A stretch of DNA of 63,515 nt, the filler included, from Octopus bimaculoides (Eukaryota), in the NCBI RefSeq assembly GCF_001194135.2. It is 6 parts of 6 records of this genome, joined end to end, with 100 filler letters (N's around TTAATTAATTAA, not from the genome) between each part and the next. Parts side by side here need not be neighbours in the genome. Positions count along the whole stretch, not along the records: positions 13,507 to 43,608 come from NC_068981.1; positions 43,709 to 49,119 come from NC_068983.1; positions 49,220 to 55,698 come from NC_068999.1; 3 more parts are not named here. One strand, written 5' to 3'. Shown here one piece after another: positions 41,850 to 54,562 of this stretch (its first letter is position 1; every line of letters starts with the position of its first letter). Both the position numbers and the translations under genes were made by a program. Below the pieces are notes generated by a model, which saw only the letters and a program-made list of their open reading frames with translations, was not told where the DNA came from and made no database searches.

Positions 41850-42714
41850 AGACGTCTATCACAATTGCGAAAGACTGAAAGAGCCTGCATTCTTTTATGA
41901 ACCACCTACAAGAGGGAGTATTTATAATGTAAGGTGTAAACAAGGGGTTCAAAGTCGATATTTGAAGTCAAATACTGCCGATTTACAGCTAAACATTTTA
42001 CTATACACCAGTGCATGGAAGACAGTTTCTGTTGAAGATAGTAACATCGATCCTGTACATAACTGTCCGTCCTACACTAATATATCCACCACAATAGCTA
42101 CAAATTAACAAAAAGGAAATAGTCCTGCGTCATTTCAGTTCAAATGGGATGATATAATTTAACCACTATGTCGGTATAAAACGTTTAACTTTCCCTTTTC
42201 GTATTGTTAACCGATCCTCAGTCTCTACCAATTCCACATCATGTGATTAATCGCATGGAGTGTCATGCGCTCGTCTGGCTTGGTGGGATGCTATTACGTT
42301 CGGATCAATGTAACATGTGGTTTGCAGTCGTACTCTGCATCTGCAATCAATGATGTAGGTGTAGATTCGTGTTCAAAGCTGGGATCACTATCGCAGGGCG
42401 GCATCTCCTCACTAGTGCTGGTAAGAAGTCAGCCGTCGGAAAATGTTGTAGGAGTGCAGTCGTTCTGTCAAGGTCGATACTTTTTATTGCTTCCCAACGT
42501 TTTTATTCATGAATCACTGTTGAGGAAGTTGGGGCAGCTGAAGAGCATCTCGTTCAAACATGGACGCAGGGGAATTGGGTCGAATATATGGATGACACTA
42601 CCGGCATATGGTCGGGTACAAAGGAAAACGAGCTATTGCGCAATAATGTACTATAGGAATCTGCTGCGATAATGGGACACAGCATAAAGCAACGAGGAAA
42701 AGACGGTGAGGTAT
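41850..42714 (+). mobile_element. Degraded Penelope-like element RT remnant
   Basis: WVEYMDDTTGIWSGTKENELL*...SIKQRGKDGEV resembles PLE RT YVDD.F.IW.G..EEL...SIKFT.E...G. Upstream LLPNVFIHE resembles LANIFM, and DPQSLPIP resembles D..SLYTNIP. Heavily frameshifted. Confidence 0.5.
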
Positions 42715-42939
42715 ANNNNNNNNNNNNNNNNNNNNNNNNNNNNNNNNNNNNNNNNNNNNNNNNNNNNNNNNNNNNNNNNNNNNNNNNNNNNNNNNNNNNN
42801 NNNNNNNNNNNNNNNNNNNNNNNNNNNNNNNNNNNNNNNNNNNNNNNNNNNNNNNNNNNNNNNNNNNNNNNNNNNNNNNNNNNNNNNNNNNNNNNNNNNN
42901 NNNNNNNNNNNNNNNNNNNNNNNNNNNNNNNNNNNNNNN

Positions 42940-43023
<84 letters not shown>

Positions 43024-43413
43024 TGTGTGTATACACACATATATGCATATATGTACATATATACATACGCATACACACACAACGAAGCATACAAACATAC
43101 TAACACGAAATATATACCTACATATGTTACGACGTAATCTTGCGCCTCTAAGTTTTTCAGTGACATGTAAAGCCTAATGACATGGATCAGTGTTGACATA
43201 TATCAACAATGTTACATTAGAACATGCAAAGATTTTTTTCTTAGAACTGATTACTATAAAGCTGATACGTTGACAACTTACACATAGATCGACTCTTAAA
43301 CTAACTGCAAGAATAAGATCACCTAACTTCAATTCTTTTTAACACGCGTATGTAAATCTTTGCTACATCTTGCTCCTTACATGCATACCTAGTTATTCGT
43401 AACTTCCGTATAT

Positions 43414-43577
43414 GGAGTGGCTGCGTGGTATGTAGCGTGCTTACGAACCACATGGTTCCGGGTTCAGTCGTACTGCGTGGCACCTTGGGCAAGTGTCTTC
43501 TACTATAGCCTCGGGTCGATCAAAGCCTTGTGAGTGGATTTGGTAGGCGGAAACTAAAAGAAGCCCGTCGTATATAT

Positions 43578-43580
<3 letters not shown>
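43414..43580 (+). mobile_element. Family B SINE 5' half (cut by a scaffold join)
   Basis: ggagtggctgcgtggta..ggttcagt..ggcaccttgggcaagtgtcttctactatagcc. Confidence 0.85.
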
Positions 43581-43608
<28 letters not shown>

Positions 43609-43708
43609 NNNNNNNNNNNNNNNNNNNNNNNNNNNNNNNNNNNNNNNNNNNNTTAATTAATTAANNNNNNNNNNNNNNNNNNNNNNNNNNNNNNNNNNNN
43701 NNNNNNNN
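43609..43708. other. Assembly linker N44-TTAATTAATTAA-N44
   Basis: Identical 100-nt construct. Confidence 0.95.
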
Positions 43709-43763
43709 ACACACACACACACACACACATACACACGTTTATGTATATGTTCATATTCATATG

Positions 43764-44390
43764 TATTATATAAAAGTCAATGTCTTTATGTGTGTTCGTG
43801 TGTTACTACTGCACCGATCCTAATGAAATTTGGAACACAAAATCCAAGCCTAGGGAGATGGGTAATGCTGTGTGTTTCATACAATTTCATGGACAAAAAT
43901 TACTCAATGGATCCTTATGATATTTGGAACTTAGATTCAATGCATAAGGGTGGGTATAATGCAGTACGTTTGGTTTGAATTTGAGATGGCTTAAAGGGGG
44001 CAGAACCCCGATGAAAATTCATAAATTTTCGATGTTGAGGAAATTTGAACTACGGGTAATTGACACATATCAAGAAGTATTCTCAAAGTTTCCACTTCTC
44101 ATTAGAATTCTAAGACCCCCTAATGGAGGCCTTAACTCCCAAATTTTAGTCATTTTTTATGATCCAAAACTACGTCAAAAGTATTGAATGGATCTTTATG
44201 AAATTTGGAAATTATATTCTATGCATAAGGGCCATAACCCCCCATGAAAATTCGTATATTTTTGTTGTTGATGAAATTTTAACCACAGATATTAGATACA
44301 AATGAAGTAATATTTCTAAAATTTCATCTTCTTAGAAGTTACAAAGACCCCTTCATGGGAACTTAACACCTACAATTTAGTCATTTTATC
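43764..44390 (+). mobile_element. Helitron/Helentron-like non-autonomous element with internal tandem duplication
   Basis: Begins tattatataaaag..aatgtc..gtgtg..actactgcaccgatcctaatgaaatttgg, like non-autonomous Helitron 5' ends. The gatc.t.atga.atttggaa motif recurs at 43813, 43907 and 44188. Blocks 44006/44240 and 44112/44344 are diverged duplicates. Confidence 0.4.
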
Positions 44391-44399
44391 TAAGCAAAG

Positions 44400-45240
44400 A
44401 CGAATACAGTTGTACTCTTGGAAGATGTAGGGTCACCCGAGCATAAAAGATGAGCGTTATTTGTAATTCAATGGTACAACAGTGTAAGAGTTTGCTTTGA
44501 GATATACTTAGACTGTGATTTCTGCAATGTGGTGCATAAATTGTCAAGTAAATGAAAGGCAACTTTGCCTCCACTGATTCAGTTGCAAAGTGTTCAGTAA
44601 AGTTATTTGGTTGCAGACCTCCTTTGAGTCTTTTTATTATCATTGGGTCACACATAGCCCCCGATGGTAACATTGATTTCAAGGCCTTCCCAGATGAGTG
44701 ACTGGTTATTGAAAGACATTTATAGATTGTAAATTGTCCAAGTCATTTGCAAACTCCAGAGGTGGCACTTTCATTTCCCCTTCGCCCTCACGTCATACAG
44801 CTGTTAATGTTTCAATTGGGTCACGCCCTTCCAGTTGCTATAGATCTGTAATGCATCTTGCGGCTGTGCCCGTCACATGTGTGGTGAGGAATCTTACATT
44901 GGGGAGTAGTAACGACTAAGGTAGGGTAGCTGACTGCTTATTGTGATCATTCGTCTTTTGCTTTCCTGTAGCTTTGCTCTCTTTTACAAACCCAGTGCAC
45001 ATACATTTATTTCCTATTTCAAAGAAATTCAAACAATGCATATAAAACCCAAGTTAAAAAGATTCCCAACAATTCAACTTTTCTGGTTGACATTAAGACT
45101 CCCACACCCAATAGGGGTCTTAACTCCCACACTTTAGAGCTCCATGACCTCCATTTTTCAGGAGCAAAATCCGTTTAACAGGTTCCATAAGACTGGAATT
45201 TTGGAATCTGCGCATAAAGATTAGTAGTATGGGATACATG
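44400..45240 (-). mobile_element. Very degraded LINE-like block (possible L1/Tx1 post-RT region)
   Basis: Microsatellite-free block with only short stop-interrupted stretches such as NWKGVTQLKH*QLYDVRAKG, loosely resembling Tx1 LWKG...LY....GG. Weak. Confidence 0.2.
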
Positions 45241-45610
45241 AGTCATGATTAGAAGCTCACTTTCTTCCTAGGAAGAAAGTGAGCTTCAAGCAATCCGTAG
45301 AAAATATAAAAAACAACTTTCAAGAACAATAGTGGTTTATTGAGGCGGAAGGTTGTGGATATTTTCTGTAGTACGATGAACCGAAAAAAAGTTATCTTAT
45401 ATTTCACGGCAAGCAGTCAATGATGCCAGGTATGTAAATAAAAATCCAACCATTAAGAAATAGAGTAGATAAAATCTGAGCTAACCTCGGAAGTGGTAAA
45501 TATCCAAGTATACCGCAGGCTACTCTTCTGGCCAAGGGCATCTTGATTAAATAAAGTTTGCAATACCGTTAGATTGCACATGTTAACTCACCGAAGATTC
45601 GATATACATA

Positions 45611-45878
45611 TACGACAAGCTTCTCTCACTTTCCGTCTACCAAATCTATTCACCTGTTGATGTTGAAATTCCAATGAAGGAACTTTGGATCTAGGTTAGA
45701 AACCGGCTCTTACTGTATTAACAAGAAATCTTGAAATAAAACTGAATAATGACACATAAATTCACTCACAAATCTGTGGTCGACCCGAGGGTATAGAAGA
45801 GAACACTTGTCCAAGATGCCACGCAGTGGGGTTGAACCCGAAACTCTAAGGTTGAAATGCAAACTTCTTACCACACAC
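45611..45878 (-). mobile_element. Family B SINE 5' half interrupted by a 104-bp insertion
   Basis: SINE sequence resumes after 45654-45757, with a duplicated ~12-bp site on either side of the insert. Confidence 0.65.
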
Positions 45879-45929
45879 GTACACACTCACTCACACGCAC
45901 ACACACACTCTCTCTCTCTCTCTCTCTAT

Positions 45930-46006
<77 letters not shown>

Positions 46007-46226
46007 GCAAAATACAAATACATTAATCATGACTACATATGGGAGACACATTACAACTTGGTACGGAATACTTCCTATGCGTTTATGCACATATGTACAC
46101 GACCAGACTGTCCAATCTCTCAGTGAGTGTCTGAGAGACAGACAGACAGACAAACGCAGACGGACTGACAGTCAGACAGACAGGCCTTCAGACAGACATG
46201 CCGTCAGACAGACGGACTGGCAGGTT

Positions 46227-46280
<54 letters not shown>

Positions 46281-46786
46281 GTGGGGAGTAATAATGAGAA
46301 TGAGATTATTGAATGGCTGACAGCGCAGAGCAAATAAATAAGGAAAAGGGGGAAGAAAAGAAAACTAAAAAAAGGTTAGAGAGAAGATGGTAAGTGGAAG
46401 GGAAAGAAAATGAGAGAGAGAGAGGGAGAGAGACAGAGAAGAGAAGAAAGAACGAAAGAAGACACGTAATAGAAGGAAAAAAGGTGACCAGAAGGACATT
46501 GTCAGAAAACTAAGGGTAACTAGATCGGAGGTGAGAGAGGGAGAGAAGAGAGAGAGTGTGTCTGGGAAAGAGAGAGAGAGAGAGAGACAAACAGACAAAC
46601 AAAAAAGAGAGAGGAAGAAAGCGAGAGAGAGAGAAATGGAGATAGGGTAGAAGAGCATAAGTTACGAAAATTAAAGCAGTAATGAAAGGCAAAAAGTAAG
46701 GAGATACATACATACATACATACATACATACATACGTACATCCGCGACCACACACAGACACAGACACACACACACACACACAAAAT

Positions 46787-46926
46787 GGGTTTTTCTTTCA
46801 GTTTCTGTCAACCACATCCGTTCACTAGACTTTGCTCGGTCCAGGGACATAATAAAAGATACTCGCAGTGGGACTGAACCTGGAACCTTGAGGTTGGGAA
46901 GCAAATTTCATACCATATTGCCGCGC
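46787..46926 (-). mobile_element. Family B SINE 5' half (diverged)
   Basis: cgcagtgggactgaacctggaacc..ttgggaagcaa on the plus strand is the reverse complement of the family B head. Confidence 0.65.
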
Positions 46927-47084
46927 TAGTACCTCTATATATGTGTGTTTATGTGTATGTGCTTGTGTTTGTGCGGGATGTATGTGTGTGTGTGTGTGTG
47001 TATGCAGGTGTGTGTGCATACACCTTTTTTCTTTTACCTGTTTCAGTCGTTGGACATCGGTTATATTGGGCACCGCCTTTATTC

Positions 47085-47237
47085 CAGGTGTGCGCAACAT
47101 TTCCCGAGCAAGCGGGCCATATGACACATGGGTCATCATAAGGCGGGTCGTACTATCAACACGAAAAAAAATCAATGTAATTCTTCGTTAGGCGTGCCAT
47201 TCTGGAAATCCCGCGGGCCGCAAATTGTCCATGACTG
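47085..47237. mobile_element. hAT-like MITE nested in a SINE tail
   Basis: Ends CAGGTGTGCGCAACAT... and ...AAATTGTCCATGACTG resemble hAT CAG(G)GGTG.GCAA termini, with subterminal gcgggcc motifs. It interrupts the family-B SINE sequence caccgccttt|agtcga. Confidence 0.5.
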
Positions 47238-47319
47238 AGTCGAACAAATGGACCCCAGTACTTATATGCCTAGTACTTAATCTATCGGCCTCTTTCTGCC
47301 AAACCACTAATCACACACT

Positions 47320-47651
47320 CATATTCTTTCCTACTCTAGGCACAAGGCCCGAAATTTTGGGGAGGGGACCAGTCGATTAGATCGACTCCAGTATGCAACA
47401 GGAACGAAAGGATGAAAGGCAAAGTCGACCTCGGCGGAATTTGAACTCAGAACATAAAGACACGAAATACCACTAATTATTTTGCTCGCCGTGCTTAACG
47501 TTTCTTATTTCTTTATTGCCCACAAGGGGCTAAACAGAGTGGAGACAAACAAGGACAGACAAACAGATTAAGTCGATTATATCGACCCCAGTGCGTAACT
47601 GGTACTTAATTTATCGACCCCGAAAGGGATGAATGGCAAAGTCGACCTCGG
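47320..47651 (-). mobile_element. Two family C SINE copies, the second cut by a gap
   Basis: gatgaaaggcaaagtcgacctcggcggaatttgaactcagaac on the plus strand at ~47411 and again at ~47630. Confidence 0.8.
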
Positions 47652-48422
47652 NNNNNNNNNNNNNNNNNNNNNNNNNNNNNNNNNNNNNNNNNNNNNNNNN
47701 NNNNNNNNNNNNNNNNNNNNNNNNNNNNNNNNNNNNNNNNNNNNNNNNNNNNNNNNNNNNNNNNNNNNNNNNNNNNNNNNNNNNNNNNNNNNNNNNNNNN
47801 NNNNNNNNNNNNNNNNNNNNNNNNNNNNNNNNNNNNNNNNNNNNNNNNNNNNNNNNNNNNNNNNNNNNNNNNNNNNNNNNNNNNNNNNNNNNNNNNNNNN
47901 NNNNNNNNNNNNNNNNNNNNNNNNNNNNNNNNNNNNNNNNNNNNNNNNNNNNNNNNNNNNNNNNNNNNNNNNNNNNNNNNNNNNNNNNNNNNNNNNNNNN
48001 NNNNNNNNNNNNNNNNNNNNNNNNNNNNNNNNNNNNNNNNNNNNNNNNNNNNNNNNNNNNNNNNNNNNNNNNNNNNNNNNNNNNNNNNNNNNNNNNNNNN
48101 NNNNNNNNNNNNNNNNNNNNNNNNNNNNNNNNNNNNNNNNNNNNNNNNNNACACACACACACACACACACACACACACATTATTTATCTAAAGGGCACAG
48201 TACATATATTAAAGCGCTACTAATAGTTTCATATGTTGAGAAAACTTACACATATCCTTCAGGCGCAAACCACATATAACGAGCTAAAAAAAAATTGAAT
48301 AATAGAAGAAACGCAAACAAAAAGAAACGTTTTTCCGTTTTCCGCCAGATGGAGTACTTTTTTGGTTGAATTTTCTATCACGGAACAGTACATTATTTAT
48401 ATATGTATATATATTCTTTTAT

Positions 48423-48645
48423 TCTTTTACTTGTTTCAGTCATTTAACTGCGTCCATGCTGGAGCACCGCCATTAGTCGAACAAATCAACTCCAGGACTT
48501 ATTTATTAGTAAGCCTAGTACTTATTCTATTGGTCTCGTTTGCTGAACCGCTAAGTTACGAGGACGTAAACACACCACCATCGGTTGTCAAGCGATGGTG
48601 ACGGTGTCAAACGCAGACACAAATACATACATACATACAAACATT

Positions 48646-48678
<33 letters not shown>

Positions 48679-49080
48679 GCACGCACACGCACATGCACAC
48701 ACACACACACACACACTCACACACACACACATATATATACGACGAGATTCTTTCAGCTTCCATCTACCAAATTCACCCACAAGGCCTTGGTCGGCCGAGG
48801 CTATAGTAGAAAATATTTGCCCAAGGTGTCATGCAGTGGGCTTGAACCCGGAACCATGTGGTTGGGATAAACTCTTTTACTCTTTTACTTGTTTCAGTCA
48901 TTTGACTGTGGCCATGCTGGAGCGCCGCCTTTAGTCGAGCAAATCGACTCCAGGACATATTCTTTGTAAGCCTAGTACTTATTCTATCGATCTCTTTTGC
49001 CGAACCACTAGCTTACGGGGATGTAAACACACACCCATCGCTTGTCAAGCGATGTTGGGGGGACAAACACAGACACATAA

Positions 49081-49119
<39 letters not shown>
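48423..49119 (-). mobile_element. Two tandem family B SINEs (near full 48423-48873; 3' half 48875-49119)
   Basis: Both start on the plus strand with cttttacttgtttcagtcattt.actg..gccatgctggagc.ccgcc.ttagtcga. The first includes the CORE-like part and head. Confidence 0.85.
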
Positions 49120-49219
49120 NNNNNNNNNNNNNNNNNNNNNNNNNNNNNNNNNNNNNNNNNNNNTTAATTAATTAANNNNNNNNNNNNNNNNNNNNNNNNN
49201 NNNNNNNNNNNNNNNNNNN
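49120..49219. other. Assembly linker N44-TTAATTAATTAA-N44
   Basis: Identical 100-nt construct. Confidence 0.95.
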
Positions 49220-49258
<39 letters not shown>

Positions 49259-50231
49259 CACATATATATCTCTGTGTGTGTTTAATTTTTTATGGTGTGC
49301 GTATTCAATTTTATTATTGTTTAGTGCACTGACGCATGCTAATACTCTAAATATATTTAATTCGTTTTTGCTGCTGTTTAAAAACACGCTCTTGTTCGTA
49401 TAGAAGGATATATGTATATGCAAAAGAGTACAAGTATGCACGTATATATATGTGTATATACACGGTGTATCTAAAATATAACGGTATTCTTGAATACCAT
49501 TGTAAACAATCAAATATTTGTGAATGCATTTTTATATGCTTTTGCGTGTGCTCCCTGTATGTGAGTGTGTATGTGCGTGTGTGTACGTGTGAGTGTGTGT
49601 GTGTTATATAATTCTATGTGTATTTGTTTGTGTGTTTCTGTTCGAGGTCGTGTTTGTTTGCTTTACTGAAGGCGTTTCCCTGTACACTTAAAACATTCAG
49701 AAATGTTTGTCTTCCTATCTTATATCTCATTGTATTCGAGAAATTTTTTTTTTCGCTTTTACACCTCATATGATTTCTCCACCTCTACACTACAACACAA
49801 ACACTAAATCGAAGCACACGTTCCTTTTTATTTATCCTACGCCATTCCTCCATTATATATCCCGTTATATCCCTTCTGGGTGCGCTTATCTCAGCGTAAT
49901 ATTATTCTGTGTTTGTTATATTTGAACTATAGAATTGTTCCCTAATCTGTATTTGTATCTTTCACCAAATCATTATTGCCTTTTATTCGACTAGGCATGA
50001 AAATACTATGTATTTTAAAGGAATTTTTATTGGTTACGAGAGACGGGGTGAAAGGCAAATTTTGTCCAAGGACATTAGTGATGTTTGAAATTGTGTCATA
50101 ATATAAACGAACCGAATTACTGTTAGAGCCTCAACGGAGTCCATCAACATTTTCATTGGTCTCCTGACTTTACCATCATTTTCCCAATAATAATAGAAAT
50201 TGTAACAAAAGCAGCAACAACAACAGTATTA

Positions 50232-50448
50232 ATTCTTTCTACTATAGGCACAAAGTCTGAAATCTGGGGGGAGGGGAATGATCGATTATATCAACCCCCA
50301 GTGCATAACTAGTGTTTATGCCATGGACTCTGAAAGGATGAATGTCAAAGTAGATCTCGGCGTAAATTGAACTCAGAAGGTAAGCCTGGAAGTAATGCTG
50401 CCAAGCATTTCGCCCGGCTTGCTAACAATTCTGCTAGTTCGCCACCTT
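50232..50448 (-). mobile_element. Family C SINE
   Basis: ttctttctactataggcacaaag..gaaaggatgaatgtcaaagtagatctcggcgtaaattgaactcagaa..ttgctaacaattctgctagttcgccacc. Confidence 0.75.
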
Positions 50449-52001
50449 CGTCATAGTAATGATAATAATAATACCAATAATTATGATGATGACGATGATG
50501 ATATTTGGTTCTGATTAAGGCCCAAGTTCAGGAATTAAAGCGGGCGGGGATAGATCGATCACGCTACGCCAGTACTTGACTGGTACCATATTTTCCAGTA
50601 AAATAGGCATAAACATCCATTCACACATATACATACGCACACATGCTCATATATACATTCTTACATTATATATATATATATGATGCTTTATATATACGTT
50701 TGAATTATCAATGATTTCAATTTATTGTCGCTTTCAAATCTTTTGCGTGACATTCTATACAGCAAACCAGTTATTACAGTGCTAACAATCAATGGTGATA
50801 ACTATACTTCTGCTAATGAAGCTAAAATATCCCGAAACGTTTGGAATTATTTCCCTTGTCTCGGCTAAACGTTACAGCTAGCTAAAATTTAATGTTTTTA
50901 TAACCATAACAATTCGTACGACTGTGGATATATCTATCGCTGGGGAAATTGGAAATAATGAAATTGAAGATTTTTATTATTATTTAACAATTGTACATGA
51001 TTGTTCAAAATAGTTGAACAAAAATGATATATCCTTTATTTGAAACACTAGAGAGTGAAAGCTGATACACATTTGACTGTCAATTTTGGCAGGTTTTAGT
51101 GTCCTCTTAAATGCTTTCTAGGTAAGTCATTTTACTTCCTTGACATCACGAGTGTTCTATTTTAATTTTGGCGCTGATGATCGAGACAGTAACACAATGT
51201 TAAGCTGAATATTTTACTGCATCTGTTACGTTACATCATAACACTGATAGTAACTCTAACTAGATATGACCCTGACAGTCGATAAAATAAATCTAAAGAT
51301 TCTATTAATTCTGAGGTTACCACCAGTCTTACAGCTTTCTTTGTGCTTTGGGAAAATAAACTAAATGGATTATTATCTTGTGGAAATGTGTATATGATAC
51401 TCGAGATGTAGTCGAGACAACTTGAGACAGTTATTTAATTTTCATTGAGAGTGGTAGATATTTTCTTTCACTACACGCCAGACACTTGCAAAAGGCATTG
51501 ATTTCAAACAACGTCACTTAAACTCCCTCACACTTTTTTTGACATTTGGCTTGTTTACACAGGTAATTTTTTTATATGAATATATTGTATTACTGCCTTA
51601 AGTCAATGGGTTACGGCCCTGTTGGGGCAACACATTTAAAGTATCATATACATACCTGTACTTGTGCTTACGTCACCGTTACACGTTTGTGGAATCGTAA
51701 GGTTACCACCTATAAAAGGCGCACATACAAATAAAACATATACGGATTGAGACACGCAAATGTGCGAATATATACATATGTATATACTTGTATAAGCATG
51801 TGTGTCTGTATCTATGTAACTATATCTACATATACATTTACATATGTATCTGTATATTTATTTATGTGTTTACTCGATTTTTGCTTTACTCTGAAGCATA
51901 ATTATACAGAGTTCTATCACCAACTTTTTAAGAATTGCTCTAAATGGGAGGATGTGTATGAGCACGTGTGCGTGTTTGTGTGTGCGTATGTGTTTATGAG
52001 C

Positions 52002-52035
<34 letters not shown>

Positions 52036-52598
52036 ATGTGTATGTGTGAAAGAATCAACACAAGAAAAGACAAGAAGAATTCTTCATTAAATAAAATTTT
52101 CTTCGGATCGAGGGGAAGTAAACAATGACCTGCTGCAATTGAAACCGGTTCTGGGTGATAAATAGGTTGGTCTTTTGTCTCCAGAAAGACAAAGAAAAAG
52201 GATTAGATTCATTTTATTTCAATTCAATTGAGTCGAAAATTGATAGTTCGACAGCATTTCCACTGCTTATTCAACATTGTTTGCTATTACTATCCTTCAT
52301 TAAAATAATTTAGAGAAAAAACACTACTAAATAATTCAATAAAGAAGAATGTGATTTATACCCTCTAGAAAATAAATATATCATAAAAACTTTATTAAAA
52401 AAAATCAATAAAATACATGAAAGAAAAACTAGTAAATGGTATAAAATGATTACGCACGTTTCGTGGCTATAGTTTCAAATAGATAAGTACTAAAATTTCT
52501 CTAAATTATACAGATATATTTTATAGTGGGAAACTTCATTTAGTATTGCTAAATTGAATTTTTCCCTGTAAGTTTTGGACTTTATTCCCTAATATTAT

Positions 52599-52651
<53 letters not shown>

Positions 52652-53069
52652 NNNNNNNNNNNNNNNNNNNNNNNNNNNNNNNNNNNNNNNNNNNNNNNNN
52701 NNNNNNNNNNNNNNNNNNNNNNNNNNNNNNNNNNNNNNNNNNNNNNNNNNNNNNNNNNNNNNNNNNNNNNNNNNNNNNNNNNNNNNNNNNNNNNNNNNNN
52801 NNNNNNNNNNNNNNNNNNNNNNNNNNNNNNNNNNNNNNNNNNNNNNNNNNNNNNNNNNNNNNNNNNNNNNNNNNNNNNNNNNNNNNNNNNNNNNNNNNNN
52901 NNNNNNNNNNNNNNNNNNNNNNNNNNNNNNNNNNNNNNNNNNNNNNNNNNNNNNNNNNNNNNNNNNNNNNNNNNNNNNNNNNNNNNNNNNNNNNNNNNNN
53001 NAAATCACACAAAAAATTATCATTCAGAAGAATTCGTTAAAATTTATAAAAGAGGTAATATAATTAACT

Positions 53070-53071
<2 letters not shown>

Positions 53072-53124
<53 letters not shown>

Positions 53125-53244
53125 TTACAAGTATAAAGTTAGTGCTGAAACAAACCAGAAATAAGTTAAAAATTAAAAATGAATGAAAATTAAAACAAAT
53201 AAGAATCACTGCAATATTTATTTTAATTGATAAACAAAAAAATA

Positions 53245-53307
<63 letters not shown>

Positions 53308-53645
53308 AAGAAGAAGAAGAAGAAGAAGAAAGAAGAAGAAGAAGAAGAAGAAGAAGAAGAAGAAGAAAAGAAGAAGAAGAAGAAGAAGAAGAAGAAGAAG
53401 AAGAAGAAGAAGAAGAAGAAGAAGAAGAAGAAGGAGAAGAGGAAAGGAAAAGAAAAATAGCGTATAAATATAAGAAATACAAATAAAATAAGAGGGAAAT
53501 AAAAAAAAAATTCTGAGGCGTATTTAAACAATTGTACACGGAAAATAAAATTTGTTATCTAATTCACATATTTCACTTATTAATTACACGATATAATTTT
53601 CTCCAAAAAGAAGAGTTTGTATGCATCTTTGGATGTGTGTGTATG

Positions 53646-53688
<43 letters not shown>

Positions 53689-54111
53689 TGTATTTTATTG
53701 CGTATAAATTTTTATGTATATATGATTATAAACATACATATAGATATAAGTATTAAGCAGTGCCTGCTACATCAAGATGAAAATATCACCTCATCGCTAT
53801 CATGAGGATTCCAAATGAAATAATAGAAAAAGTTAGACGCCAAAACAAAAGACAGAACTAGATGTGTGCGCACCGAACCAACTAAGCTACCTTCTAGGTC
53901 ACCACACATATACATATTTATTTATACATGCAAATATATGTATGAATATATATATAAGCGTATATATGTATATAGCTATATATACACACACGCATATATG
54001 TATGTATGAGTGTATGTATGTATATATCTAGTAATTATTAAGAAATTCGTGTAATTTATTTCTTTGGTTTGTGTTTACACTCTCTCTGTTTTTCGCATCT
54101 GTAATCAGTTG

Positions 54112-54171
<60 letters not shown>

Positions 54172-54188
54172 AAATGTTTATTATTATT

Positions 54189-54247
<59 letters not shown>

Positions 54248-54562
54248 TAATAATAATAATGATAATAATAATATCATCATTAAAATCAATATCGTCATCA
54301 TCGTCACCAGAAGCATAACATTTGTAGTTGTAATTTCTTCTTCTTCTTCTTCTTCTTCTTCTTCTTCTTCTTCTTCTTCTTCTTCTTCTTCTTCTTCTTC
54401 TTCTTCTTCTTCTTCTTCTTCTTCTTCTTCTTCTTCTTCTTCTTCTTCTTCTTCTTCTTCTTCTTCTTCTTCTTCTTCTTCTTCTTCTTCTTCTTCTTTT
54501 TCTTCTTCTTCTTCTTCTTCTTCTTCTTCTTCTTCTTCTTCTTCTTCTTCTTCTTCTTCTTC
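53072..54562. repeat. Cluster of (TAA)n, (GAA)n (53278-53433), (TTA)n/(TAA)n and (TTC)n (54334-54562) microsatellites
   Basis: Read directly from the sequence. Confidence 0.95.
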
